Below, one piece after another: positions 29,860 to 38,559 of a stretch of 64,000 nt of DNA. The DNA is from a virus. Its lineage: Duplodnaviria; Caudoviricetes. The stretch spans positions 1 through 64,000 of the IMG/VR virus record IMGVR_UViG_3300029288_000148. One strand, written 5' to 3'. The notes beneath the pieces are model-generated. The model had not been told where the DNA came from, searched no databases, and was given only the letters and a program-made list of their open reading frames with translations. Position 1 is the first letter of the stretch; every line of letters starts with the position of its first letter. A program made the translations under genes and the position numbers.

Positions 29860-30564
29860 TTAAGTTCCTGTTTGTTTTTTCATTTCCGAGTATTGAAGAA
29901 TGTCCGCGTCTCTTAGGTTTATCCCAAGATAGCCAAGCATCATAGCCACCAAAGAGAGCTTTTCGTCTTCAGGCCATTCAAATTCAACCGAAGCTGCTGC
30001 ATTGTACGTAATATATCCAGCATACTGATTGTATGAAAAAACCGGATCAATAGGGAATCTCCAATAGTAAAAATCAACAACAGTAACCGTTATCGGATAA
30101 ATCTGTATTCCCGCACTTCTCATCACCCCTATCGGATAAGTTGTTGTTGGTCTTTTTGTATAATTACTCCTTCTTGCTGCAGCCTGCGTTTCGGTCAATA
30201 TCTCTACTTGGCGGGGGATAACTTCTGGGGCAACGCCAGTAAATACCGTTTGGTTATATACTATCTGGTCCCTGTGTGCATAATCCTCTGGATACGGAAG
30301 TAATCCCGCAACTGCCGGAGTGTTTATCAATGGAGTGGCTTTAAACTTCCTCAAATCGTCTGCATTCTTCAGCGTGATCTCAACATACTCCCTTGGAACC
30401 GGTCTCCCTGGCTGATACTCCTCCGGCAATCCAAACTTCTTTTTGAACTTGTCGATATTGACAACTTTTATTAACTGACGAAATCTTTCCGGAGTTAGCA
30501 CATTGCCACCGTAATCTTTGTTTAAGATTAGTTCCATCAGGCTATACATGTCGAATAGTGTCAC
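29860..30564 (-). CDS. crAss-like head-proximal ring (neck) protein
   Basis: LILNKDYGGNVLTPERF..L N-terminus, LLPYPEDY, YWRFPIDP, FEWP motifs; GTG start. Confidence 0.65.
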   Translation of the reverse strand: MTLFDMYSLMELILNKDYGGNVLTPERFRQLIKVVNIDKFKKKFGLPEEYQPGRPVPREYVEITLKNADDLRKFKATPLINTPAVAGLLPYPEDYAHRDQIVYNQTVFTGVAPEVIPRQVEILTETQAAARRSNYTKRPTTTYPIGVMRSAGIQIYPITVTVVDFYYWRFPIDPVFSYNQYAGYITYNAAASVEFEWPEDEKLSLVAMMLGYLGINLRDADILQYSEMKKQTGT

Positions 30565-30584
30565 TTCCTTATTTTTTTTTAAAA

Positions 30585-30710
30585 TTATTTGTCAAATTCA
30601 TTTATCGTATCCCTCTGTACTTCCGGGCATGGTCGAAACTTTGAATGAGCCTTCCAGCCTCCCCAGAAACATACTGCCACGAGTGTTATTACCAAATACC
30701 AGTTTTTCAT
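30585..30710 (-). pseudogene. truncated paralogue (41 aa) of the 8871-9470 spanin-like protein
   Basis: Hand-translated MKNWYLVITLVAVCFWGGWKAHSKFRPCPEVQRDTINEFDK* aligns to AFYGGYKYYPKKNPCPETVVDT. Confidence 0.5.
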
Positions 30711-30824
30711 ATCATTTTCTTTACTGCCCATGTGGTTCGATTACTTATTGTGTATTCTGACATAGTTATTTTCTGTGTTCATGGTTCGTTCGGTATTACA
30801 TGTTTGGTTCTCCTTTGGTTTTTA

Positions 30825-30908
30825 TTACGCCTTCCATCCTCCCCAGAAAGCAAGTATCAGCAAAAAGACAAACAGTCCTCCGGTAATGTATTTAAGTAGC
30901 TTTGTCAT
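30825..30908 (-). pseudogene. second truncated paralogue (27 aa) of the same protein
   Basis: MTKLLKYITGGLFVFLLILAFWGGWKA* then TAA; 21-nt near-identity (1 mismatch) between 30829-30849 and 30649-30669. Confidence 0.45.
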
Positions 30909-31165
30909 TGCGTTTCTTTTGTATGCTCATCAAGTTTCTTTTCAATCCGGTTAAGCTGTTCCAGTACAAGGTTAAACTCATCACGGCTCACTTTTGATCC
31001 TTGCAGTCTTTCGATGTTGTTTTCGTTGTGAGTCGCCCGAAGCTCAAGTGTAGCTGCTTTTGCGGAAATTACACCCCATGTTGTTACCCCTGCAAGGATA
31101 ATTGATACCAAGCCGGATAATGCCCACTGAGGAAGGGTTACATACTTTTCTTTGTCAAGTGTCAT
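30905..31165 (-). CDS. single-TM coiled-coil lysis-cassette protein
   Basis: One TM then heptad coil ending RIEKKLD. Confidence 0.5.
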   Translation of the reverse strand: MTLDKEKYVTLPQWALSGLVSIILAGVTTWGVISAKAATLELRATHNENNIERLQGSKVSRDEFNLVLEQLNRIEKKLDEHTKETQ

Positions 31166-31211
31166 CTTTAATTGTATTAATCATAATTACCGCAAATAGT
31201 TTTAAGTCATC

Positions 31212-31511
31212 TCACTTATTATTTATTCCTACCACTGTCGAATTATCCGGATTAAACACCTTCGCCACCTTTTTAAATAACATCTGTCCTGACATTCCCA
31301 AGACAACGGAGCTGATAAATGTGATAGTGTAAATAGATGCAATCTCTTCCTTTGCATAAACAAGCACTCCTCCGCAAATAATGTTAAGTAAAGTCGATCC
31401 TATGTTCTGTTTAAAGAAAATAGAAAACTTATAATCCGGTTTTGTTAGTGCCTCATTGAACCCTAAAAGAAGGCTTATGGCCGCACCAATTAAAATAGCT
31501 ACGTAATACAT
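31212..31511 (-). CDS. putative holin (about 3 TM)
   Basis: Hydrophobic segments; lysis cassette context. Confidence 0.5.
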   Translation of the reverse strand: MYYVAILIGAAISLLLGFNEALTKPDYKFSIFFKQNIGSTLLNIICGGVLVYAKEEIASIYTITFISSVVLGMSGQMLFKKVAKVFNPDNSTVVGINNK

Positions 31512-31513
31512 CG

Positions 31514-31915
31514 CTAAACCTCCTTTTCGATCCCTAAAGCCCGGAGAATCATTTTCACAAGCTCTATATCAAAGAATCCATTAGCAACTAATCCGGCAGC
31601 TACACCATATATAATAGTATTAAGCCAGCTAAGTTCAGCCATAAACCCGATATTAACAAGATTGCCGACAATTATAAGTACGAGTGCCACTAACCATGCT
31701 ACTATCTGTTTCATGAATCCGGCAGTCTTAAATAGTGTATTAAGGAAAGCTGCAAGGAATACAGTTACAGCCGCTACCCCTGCAAGGGAGCCAAGCCATA
31801 CGTTTATATTTGCAAACAGTTCCAACCAGTTTGTAGGAGGATCAACAGCCTGACCGAAAGTCGGGAGAATAAGAACAAACATCAAAGCAAAAAACATCAT
31901 TAACTTTTTCATCAT
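31514..31915 (-). CDS. multi-TM membrane protein with signal peptide, holin-like
   Basis: MMKKLMMFFALMFVLILPTFG|Q then about 3 TM segments; GLVANGFFD motif. Confidence 0.55.
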   Translation of the reverse strand: MMKKLMMFFALMFVLILPTFGQAVDPPTNWLELFANINVWLGSLAGVAAVTVFLAAFLNTLFKTAGFMKQIVAWLVALVLIIVGNLVNIGFMAELSWLNTIIYGVAAGLVANGFFDIELVKMILRALGIEKEV

Positions 31916-31936
31916 TTTCTTTTTTAAATTAATATT

Positions 31937-32026
31937 TCAACCTTTATAAATTATTAATAAAACAATCGCTGCAATTATACCAAGCATTACTGCCCATTCG
32001 CTTATTTCTCTAAGTGTGCTTTTCAT
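31937..32026 (-). CDS. 29-aa TM peptide
   Basis: Hand-translated MKSTLREISEWAVMLGIIAAIVLLIIYKG*; ATGA overlap with upstream gene. Confidence 0.45.
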   Translation of the reverse strand: MKSTLREISEWAVMLGIIAAIVLLIIYKG

Positions 32027-32475
32027 ACGATCACAACTTTAAACTTTTCATCCATTACATCCCAAAGCGCATCCATAGCTTTTGAGCTATCGGCAACGTC
32101 AAGCATCCCGTCCTGATTCAGGTCATAGAAATATAAACCTGGAAGAATACACCCCTCTGAATCTTTCTGGTACCCTGCTACGAAGTTTCCCACATGAACG
32201 AGTATTCCACTACGTCCACGGACATAAAGCAACCTGAACACCTTTCCTTTTGTCTGGTGCAGTTCTTTAACTGCATTGTATTCTCCTTCCGGGATGCAAC
32301 TCACATTACGTTGATTTGAAACCCAAGGTAATTCCAATGCCTTACACCTATAAAGCAATTCCTCTCCGTTCATCGCATAAACTGATGACATAGTTAAGTT
32401 TGGCTTGTATGTCCGACTTAATAAGAGCTTTTTTGATATGTCGCTAAAGGTTGACATATTTATATTCTTACCCAT
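32023..32475 (-). CDS. DUF5675-family protein, probable endolysin
   Basis: LELPW..N..NVSCIPEGEY, RSGILVHVGN, DSEGCILPG; next to holin-like genes. Confidence 0.75.
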   Translation of the reverse strand: MGKNINMSTFSDISKKLLLSRTYKPNLTMSSVYAMNGEELLYRCKALELPWVSNQRNVSCIPEGEYNAVKELHQTKGKVFRLLYVRGRSGILVHVGNFVAGYQKDSEGCILPGLYFYDLNQDGMLDVADSSKAMDALWDVMDEKFKVVIV

Positions 32476-34172
32476 TTACCATTATAAAATACCCACTTAA
32501 TGCCATTTTTAACAAATGATGTTGTCTTTGTTGTAAACTCTAAATCTTCACCATATTGTGTGCCAACTTCATTTGTGGCATAAGCTCGAACATGAAATGT
32601 TGATCCTTCGGTTAATCCAGTAATATTCGCCACATAAGCACCTGTTGTGCCACTAACAGTAACAACATTATCAGTCAAATCAGGATTTGCGCCAGTACTC
32701 CAAACAACACCCCTTGCAGAAATAGTTCCACCACCATCATCATATACATTCCCACCGACTGAGCAAGTTGTTTTTGACGGATATGCACCAGTTGTAAAAA
32801 TGACAAGTGGTTCAATCTCCTCTCCGGGATCAGGATCATTATATTCGTAAGCCCCTATACTTGGGGGAGTACCCCATAATATTGAATCGGCATCATAAGT
32901 TAATCCAACATCAACTCCTATTCCCCGTAATTGAGATGTAGATGATAATCGCAAAAACTTATTATAGCAATCATTATCAGGTAGTGATCCATCGGCTTGT
33001 CTTGGTGCAGTTAATCCAGTTGAATCAATTGATTGAAAATCCAAATTATTAACGGTAAGTCCTGATATGTCCCATGAGTTATGGTCATGCGTATATACAG
33101 CACCAGATCGGGTAAAAACACTTCCTGATACATTCCCGTATGACACATTATTTCGAAATATCCTCAAGTATTCATCTGCATCATACCCAGTACTTAACCT
33201 ACTTATATTAAATCCAGAACCTTTATTTGCGTAGGATATATTGTTATAATATTGAGAAATTAATATATAATTACCATACCACTCATTGGTAAAGAAGCCA
33301 CTACCGTCATTATATAAAGCAAAACAATTATATACCTCACGCCTTAATTCATCAGAGGGCTGCTCTATCCAGCCTAATTTATAGCCTGATCCATCGGGCA
33401 TAAATATGTTCGTATTGCAAAATGACCAGCACCCTACACATTTAATATAACCACATGATGATACATTAAATCCCTGATCTGAACAATGCCATGCTCTGCA
33501 ATTATAAAAATATGTCTCACCTGTAGTACTGGTACGATTAACTACATCAAAACCAGTACCAGCATTTCCAGTAGTAAGACTATCACAAATATTATATGCA
33601 TCACAATTAGTAAAAACATGTTGACCATCATTTGAACCTGAAAAGGATGAATAAAATCCAGCACCCTCACAGTTGTAAGCAACACAATTTTCCACTGCCA
33701 CAATTCCGTAATTAAAAAACCAACCTACTCCTTGAGAACCTGTCTCGGCAGTATATTGTTTAAAATTTCTTACTGTTAATCCCTGAAATTTTACATAATA
33801 AATAGGATTACTTGAATCTCCACGTATGCCAACATTTTTATAACCAACAGGGCTTAATGGATCAGAATTACTGCCATCAAGTATGGGCGTTTCTCCGGGA
33901 TAATTAATATAAACTATCCAATTATCTGTTGTCCCATCACGAGTTGGACATATCCCTGCTCCATTTGTTACGGTTGTCGGATATACACCTCCTCTTATAA
34001 AAACAGTATCCCCTGGATTAACATTAGTTGTAGTCATAGCATATTGCCATGTTGCCCATGGACTCGCTAATGTTCCAGCATTGCCATTATCCCCCGTTGT
34101 AGCTACATAATAAGTATTTGCACGAACAATGGCATTGAAACAAATAAATAATATTATTAATATTTTTTTCAT
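32460..34172 (-). CDS. secreted PL9-like right-handed beta-helix lyase with C-terminal FN3-like domain
   Basis: Signal MKKILIILFICFNAIVRA (true start 34172); TYYVATTG; NC.A[YW].C coils; DGSGYKLG; LTAPRQADGSLP; PSIGAYEY; VRAYATN..GTQYG. Confidence 0.7.
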   Translation of the reverse strand: MKKILIILFICFNAIVRANTYYVATTGDNGNAGTLASPWATWQYAMTTTNVNPGDTVFIRGGVYPTTVTNGAGICPTRDGTTDNWIVYINYPGETPILDGSNSDPLSPVGYKNVGIRGDSSNPIYYVKFQGLTVRNFKQYTAETGSQGVGWFFNYGIVAVENCVAYNCEGAGFYSSFSGSNDGQHVFTNCDAYNICDSLTTGNAGTGFDVVNRTSTTGETYFYNCRAWHCSDQGFNVSSCGYIKCVGCWSFCNTNIFMPDGSGYKLGWIEQPSDELRREVYNCFALYNDGSGFFTNEWYGNYILISQYYNNISYANKGSGFNISRLSTGYDADEYLRIFRNNVSYGNVSGSVFTRSGAVYTHDHNSWDISGLTVNNLDFQSIDSTGLTAPRQADGSLPDNDCYNKFLRLSSTSQLRGIGVDVGLTYDADSILWGTPPSIGAYEYNDPDPGEEIEPLVIFTTGAYPSKTTCSVGGNVYDDGGGTISARGVVWSTGANPDLTDNVVTVSGTTGAYVANITGLTEGSTFHVRAYATNEVGTQYGEDLEFTTKTTSFVKNGIKWVFYNGKWVRI

Positions 34173-34173
34173 A

Positions 34174-36429
34174 TTAAAATGGATAGGTTTTCCCATTACC
34201 GCCATTATATAATTCTGTTATTTCGTCTGCGGTTAAAGCACGCGACCATACACCCACTTCGTCTACATAAGAACCAACCATTGATCCATAATCATTTCTA
34301 CCTATTCTAAAATTATTTACATTAGTTACCGGAGTTAAAGTAAACGCATCTGTAATAGGTTCTCCACCATTAAGATACAACTTATGTATATTGTCATTAT
34401 CGCTCCAAGTATAAACAATATGATACCATTGTCCTGTTGTAAGTGTTGTTGTATGTTCAAATTGATCACGTGCGCTTGAACTTGCTATTTGCGCCCTTAT
34501 TGTATATGGAGCTGTTGTTCCGTATAACCATATATGATACCCTTCACGATCAGTAGTAAAATTTATTTTGCCTACTAAATTATTTGCTGATGTCGTTGGA
34601 TCAGAAACGCAATAAACCCACACAGATATTGATCCCTCGCCTCCTACTGATAAATCCTCTGTATTTCCCATGTCAAAGTAGCCAGTATTGCTAAATAAAA
34701 CACTTCTTCCACTTATAGCTTCAGCCTGATCTTCGGTTACAGTTCCTCCTTCAGTACCATCATTACTTCCAATTTCATCAGTAGCAGTTGTCCCAGATGT
34801 ATGATCTAATTTATAATAAGCTACCAGTCCGGTAAGTAAGGATGATTGGTTATTATTAGTTACTGAAGTATTTGTAAATGGTGCAGCGTGATAACCTGCG
34901 CTATCCTGTAAATAAGGCCAGTCTCTCGCATAACTAAGCGTATATGTTAAGTTTTTATGTGAGATACTATCAAGTGCAATAAATAGACTATCATGTCCTA
35001 TACTTATGCCATTCAAACCATAGGTTGTTCCTTCTTCTTTAAGTGTAAACGCTGTTTGTGGTGGCACACTATCTTGATCAAGATACTTATTCCAGACAAC
35101 CAAAACAGTATCATCCGCAAATTCCCCTACTTCTATTTTACTAATTATAGGTCTATACCCATTGTTAGTTACCGTCTTATTTGTAAATGACTTGACTTCA
35201 TTTTCGTCACTATCCTGCAAAGGGCCTAATAATGGTTTTGTGTATGCAAGTTTTAATGTTGTGTCTGCTTGTGGAGTTTGATCAAGTACGAGAAATAGTG
35301 TATCATTTGATATGGATACATTTGTAACATCAATAGTATCAACTTCTGATCCATATTCAAAATAAAAAGTTGTAGTTGCCGGAATAGAATCAGCGACTAA
35401 ATTTTCAGACATTACAACTCGTAAAAGCCTTGCAGCACTATCACCAACCTCTGCACTTTCAAATGTTGGTGGCAATACAGATGTTATCTCTGTTTGTAAA
35501 TCAGTAAATGCAGTAAGGAGCGAATCATGTCTATAATAAATATATGTGCTATCCCATGCAACATTAGCCATTATGCTATCGACTTGTCGCTGAGTGTAGT
35601 ATTGACCTCTTGTAGTAACAAGTGTATCACCAACCAAAACTGCAACATCTCCTAAATCTTCAATATCCGAAGCAATAATATGTACTCCTAATGTATCAGC
35701 ACCATCATAGAAAGCAATTCGACTATTAACTAATCCTATTGAGTCAATCGAAAGAGAAGTACCTCCAACATTCAAAGAATTAGCTGTTACAAGCCCTGAT
35801 GTAGTTATTGTTGTCGGAGTCGATATACTTCCTCCTATTGTCAGGTTATTACTTCCAAGTGCTAAATCTGCACCAACTGTTAAAGTACCGTCTGAATGAG
35901 TTATTGTTTCGGCATTGTTGAATCTGATAACACTCGCTGAATCTAAATCAACATCATCAAAAGGATAAGTTGCACTACCTAAATCTATTGTTCCTGCTGC
36001 ATTTGGAAGAAGGTTAGTGTTTATTGCTACACTGGCAAGATTTGATAATGCTTTATTGGCATAAGCGGCATTTGCTTCACTTGTTAGAATATAATTAGTC
36101 AACATACCTGCTGTATCTGCCCTGTTAATATATGGCACAAGCATAGTATTTGTATCTGCAACCATTACAACTAATGGACGTAATACATTTAAACTATCTT
36201 CTATTTCGCCTCTTACATCAAGTATAGATGCACCAGTAGTAGTATAAGAAGCACCACCAATGTATATTACAACTTCTCCTGTCACTAATTTAACTGAATC
36301 AATTAAATCAAGTGTATTGCCACCTATTCGTATCCCACCATTGGCATGTATAGGATATTTAAATCTGTTTTGCCCATAAGCACCTATGGCAGCAAGCATA
36401 AATAATATTGTAATTAAAATCTTTTTCAT
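34174..36429 (-). CDS. signal-peptide tail-fibre-like protein with SwmB-like Ig repeats and C-terminal LamG domain
   Basis: MKKILITILFMLAAIGAYG|Q; PTFESAEV..V.IS..TL.L repeats; LVAYYKLD..SISVWV..WYHIVYT..DEVGVWSRALTADEI. Confidence 0.7.
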   Translation of the reverse strand: MKKILITILFMLAAIGAYGQNRFKYPIHANGGIRIGGNTLDLIDSVKLVTGEVVIYIGGASYTTTGASILDVRGEIEDSLNVLRPLVVMVADTNTMLVPYINRADTAGMLTNYILTSEANAAYANKALSNLASVAINTNLLPNAAGTIDLGSATYPFDDVDLDSASVIRFNNAETITHSDGTLTVGADLALGSNNLTIGGSISTPTTITTSGLVTANSLNVGGTSLSIDSIGLVNSRIAFYDGADTLGVHIIASDIEDLGDVAVLVGDTLVTTRGQYYTQRQVDSIMANVAWDSTYIYYRHDSLLTAFTDLQTEITSVLPPTFESAEVGDSAARLLRVVMSENLVADSIPATTTFYFEYGSEVDTIDVTNVSISNDTLFLVLDQTPQADTTLKLAYTKPLLGPLQDSDENEVKSFTNKTVTNNGYRPIISKIEVGEFADDTVLVVWNKYLDQDSVPPQTAFTLKEEGTTYGLNGISIGHDSLFIALDSISHKNLTYTLSYARDWPYLQDSAGYHAAPFTNTSVTNNNQSSLLTGLVAYYKLDHTSGTTATDEIGSNDGTEGGTVTEDQAEAISGRSVLFSNTGYFDMGNTEDLSVGGEGSISVWVYCVSDPTTSANNLVGKINFTTDREGYHIWLYGTTAPYTIRAQIASSSARDQFEHTTTLTTGQWYHIVYTWSDNDNIHKLYLNGGEPITDAFTLTPVTNVNNFRIGRNDYGSMVGSYVDEVGVWSRALTADEITELYNGGNGKTYPF

Positions 36430-36441
36430 ATTATCTTTAAA

Positions 36442-36792
36442 TTATATTACTGATGTACTATAAACTGTTTCCCAATCTGTATCTTCAACCCCATCAAAAC
36501 CTAATGGCGTTAATTCATTATCTATATAATAAACACATGCTCTTACCTGTTGCCTGTATCCTGCCACTCCATCATCAATAGTCATTATTATACTATCCTC
36601 ATCAAGTTCAAGTTGTACTATATTAAGTTCCCATGTAACACCACCGTCTGAAGAAAAGTCAATAACATACATTCCATCCCTTTCTCCTTTTCTATACCAA
36701 CATAGTCCACTCGAAACAATAGTCCAGGGTGATGCTTCTCCAACTTGTCTGCTAAAAGGTATCCCTATTGCTGTTCCTATACAAATACTCAT
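36442..36792 (-). CDS. small putative virion protein with internal duplication
   Basis: IGTAIGIPF N-terminus; two copies of YR...R...Y.ID....G...WE. Confidence 0.5.
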   Translation of the reverse strand: MSICIGTAIGIPFSRQVGEASPWTIVSSGLCWYRKGERDGMYVIDFSSDGGVTWELNIVQLELDEDSIIMTIDDGVAGYRQQVRACVYYIDNELTPLGFDGVEDTDWETVYSTSVI

Positions 36793-36795
36793 GGT

Positions 36796-38559
36796 TTATT
36801 GTATAATTATTATAAATTTCCCGTCTGTTGTTTTCATAAACCTTGTTCTTATTGCGTCAGGTGTTGCAAAAACTTTATTCCCTGTTGTTGGAGTACCATA
36901 ATATTCATAAGCACCTATATCAACCTCTGTTCCTTCCCATGGTACTTCTTTTTGTCCATAATCGCTTGTCAACCCCACGTCTATACCCGTATCAATGGCG
37001 GGAGAAAAAGATTGTAATTCATAACTCCCCGCCTGAAACATTGGCGCATCCTGAATATTATCTTCTATAATATCTCCACTTATATCTGCACTATTCCATG
37101 TAGCAACTGAAATATTGGGTGTGCCCCGATAATAAATTATATTTGTTGCACCTAAAGTATATATAAGATTGTTTTTAAATACATTATCTAAAACTGTTGC
37201 TCCACTTGATACATAAATTGCAGTGTCATCACAAGCATAAATAATATTATTGATAAACTCATTATCATACTTATCAGTATAAGTTGCACCATGTATAAGC
37301 CCAATGCCATAATCTTCACAATGAGCAATTATATTATTATAAAACTTCATATTATTTGCCGTTCCTGGCGTAAGTCCTCCTATCCATAAACCGCCTCCCG
37401 CATTAATATTTTTAGGGTAATGTGCTGGTGCATTAACTGTATCAATGATATTATAATAGAACTTTAAATTCTCGCCTTGTACCTGCATTCGTGCCTGTAT
37501 ATTATGTATATAGTTACGATAAATCTCATTACCATCACCATTAGTATAAAGCACACCAAGCCAACCTCCATAATCAACATCAGGAGCAGTTATCTCATTA
37601 TCATAAACTTTTACATTGTCAATCCTATCTGCGTCTGTACTTTCAAGAACAATAGATGTATGTCCCCAATTTTTGAAGTAATTATCATGTATAGACCATG
37701 TATTTGATATACCACCAACCTTAATGCCATCTCCGGTATATTTTGCTTCCCAATCTGAAACAAATGTATTTTCTGTATCAAAATTGCAGTTCTTTATTTC
37801 TACATCTCTTGTATCAACAGATGCATAAGCATTTATTCCATAAAATCCTTTAATATCGCAACTATCTATCACTATTCCATCTGCATCATCAACTATCACC
37901 CCTATATATGCATGTTCAATATCAAGATTATTAATAGTAACATAATTAACCCCATTGAGATATATCCCTGAATATGATGATGTTGCCTTTTCAATATAAG
38001 TAAATGTCGTTGCTGGATTTGTTTCAGAATAAATAAATAAACTATCATCACCATTCCAATACCATGGTTTTGATGCTGTTGGTGGGAATGATTCAGGTCT
38101 CTCAACTTCAATACTATCAATCCATAATCTTATTGCTGTCCAATAAGAAGGTGTTCTTATTTCTTCCTGATACCATACGTTAGGTCTTGTTGCCTCCCAT
38201 GGCCTTGACCAATTACTCGCACCCGACCAACCAACAACTGTATCCCTTGCTGTAATAATAGGCTTTTCTCCCGTACCATAAGATGTTATAACAATTGGAT
38301 GTCCGGAAGTTCCACTTCCACTAAGCCTAAGTGTTGTATCTGAGTGTATTGATAATATCCATTTAGCATCACAATTAAAATGTATAGAATCATCCGGCTG
38401 ATATGTAACAGATATTAATTGTCTGATAGTTTTCCATGCCTGAGCAGGACTTTCGCCATCATTACCATCATCTCCTGAATTAGATATATAATAATTTTTA
38501 TCCTGACTATTCAGAATCAGTCCAATAAAAAGAAATAATATGATAAATACATTTCTCAT
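36796..38559 (-). CDS. secreted right-handed beta-helix protein (choice-of-anchor Q-like tail)
   Basis: MRNVFIILFLFIGLILNS|Q; YYISNSGDDGNDG; IYRNYIH/FYNNII coils; SPAIDTG..DIGAYEY. Confidence 0.7.
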   Translation of the reverse strand: MRNVFIILFLFIGLILNSQDKNYYISNSGDDGNDGESPAQAWKTIRQLISVTYQPDDSIHFNCDAKWILSIHSDTTLRLSGSGTSGHPIVITSYGTGEKPIITARDTVVGWSGASNWSRPWEATRPNVWYQEEIRTPSYWTAIRLWIDSIEVERPESFPPTASKPWYWNGDDSLFIYSETNPATTFTYIEKATSSYSGIYLNGVNYVTINNLDIEHAYIGVIVDDADGIVIDSCDIKGFYGINAYASVDTRDVEIKNCNFDTENTFVSDWEAKYTGDGIKVGGISNTWSIHDNYFKNWGHTSIVLESTDADRIDNVKVYDNEITAPDVDYGGWLGVLYTNGDGNEIYRNYIHNIQARMQVQGENLKFYYNIIDTVNAPAHYPKNINAGGGLWIGGLTPGTANNMKFYNNIIAHCEDYGIGLIHGATYTDKYDNEFINNIIYACDDTAIYVSSGATVLDNVFKNNLIYTLGATNIIYYRGTPNISVATWNSADISGDIIEDNIQDAPMFQAGSYELQSFSPAIDTGIDVGLTSDYGQKEVPWEGTEVDIGAYEYYGTPTTGNKVFATPDAIRTRFMKTTDGKFIIIIQ

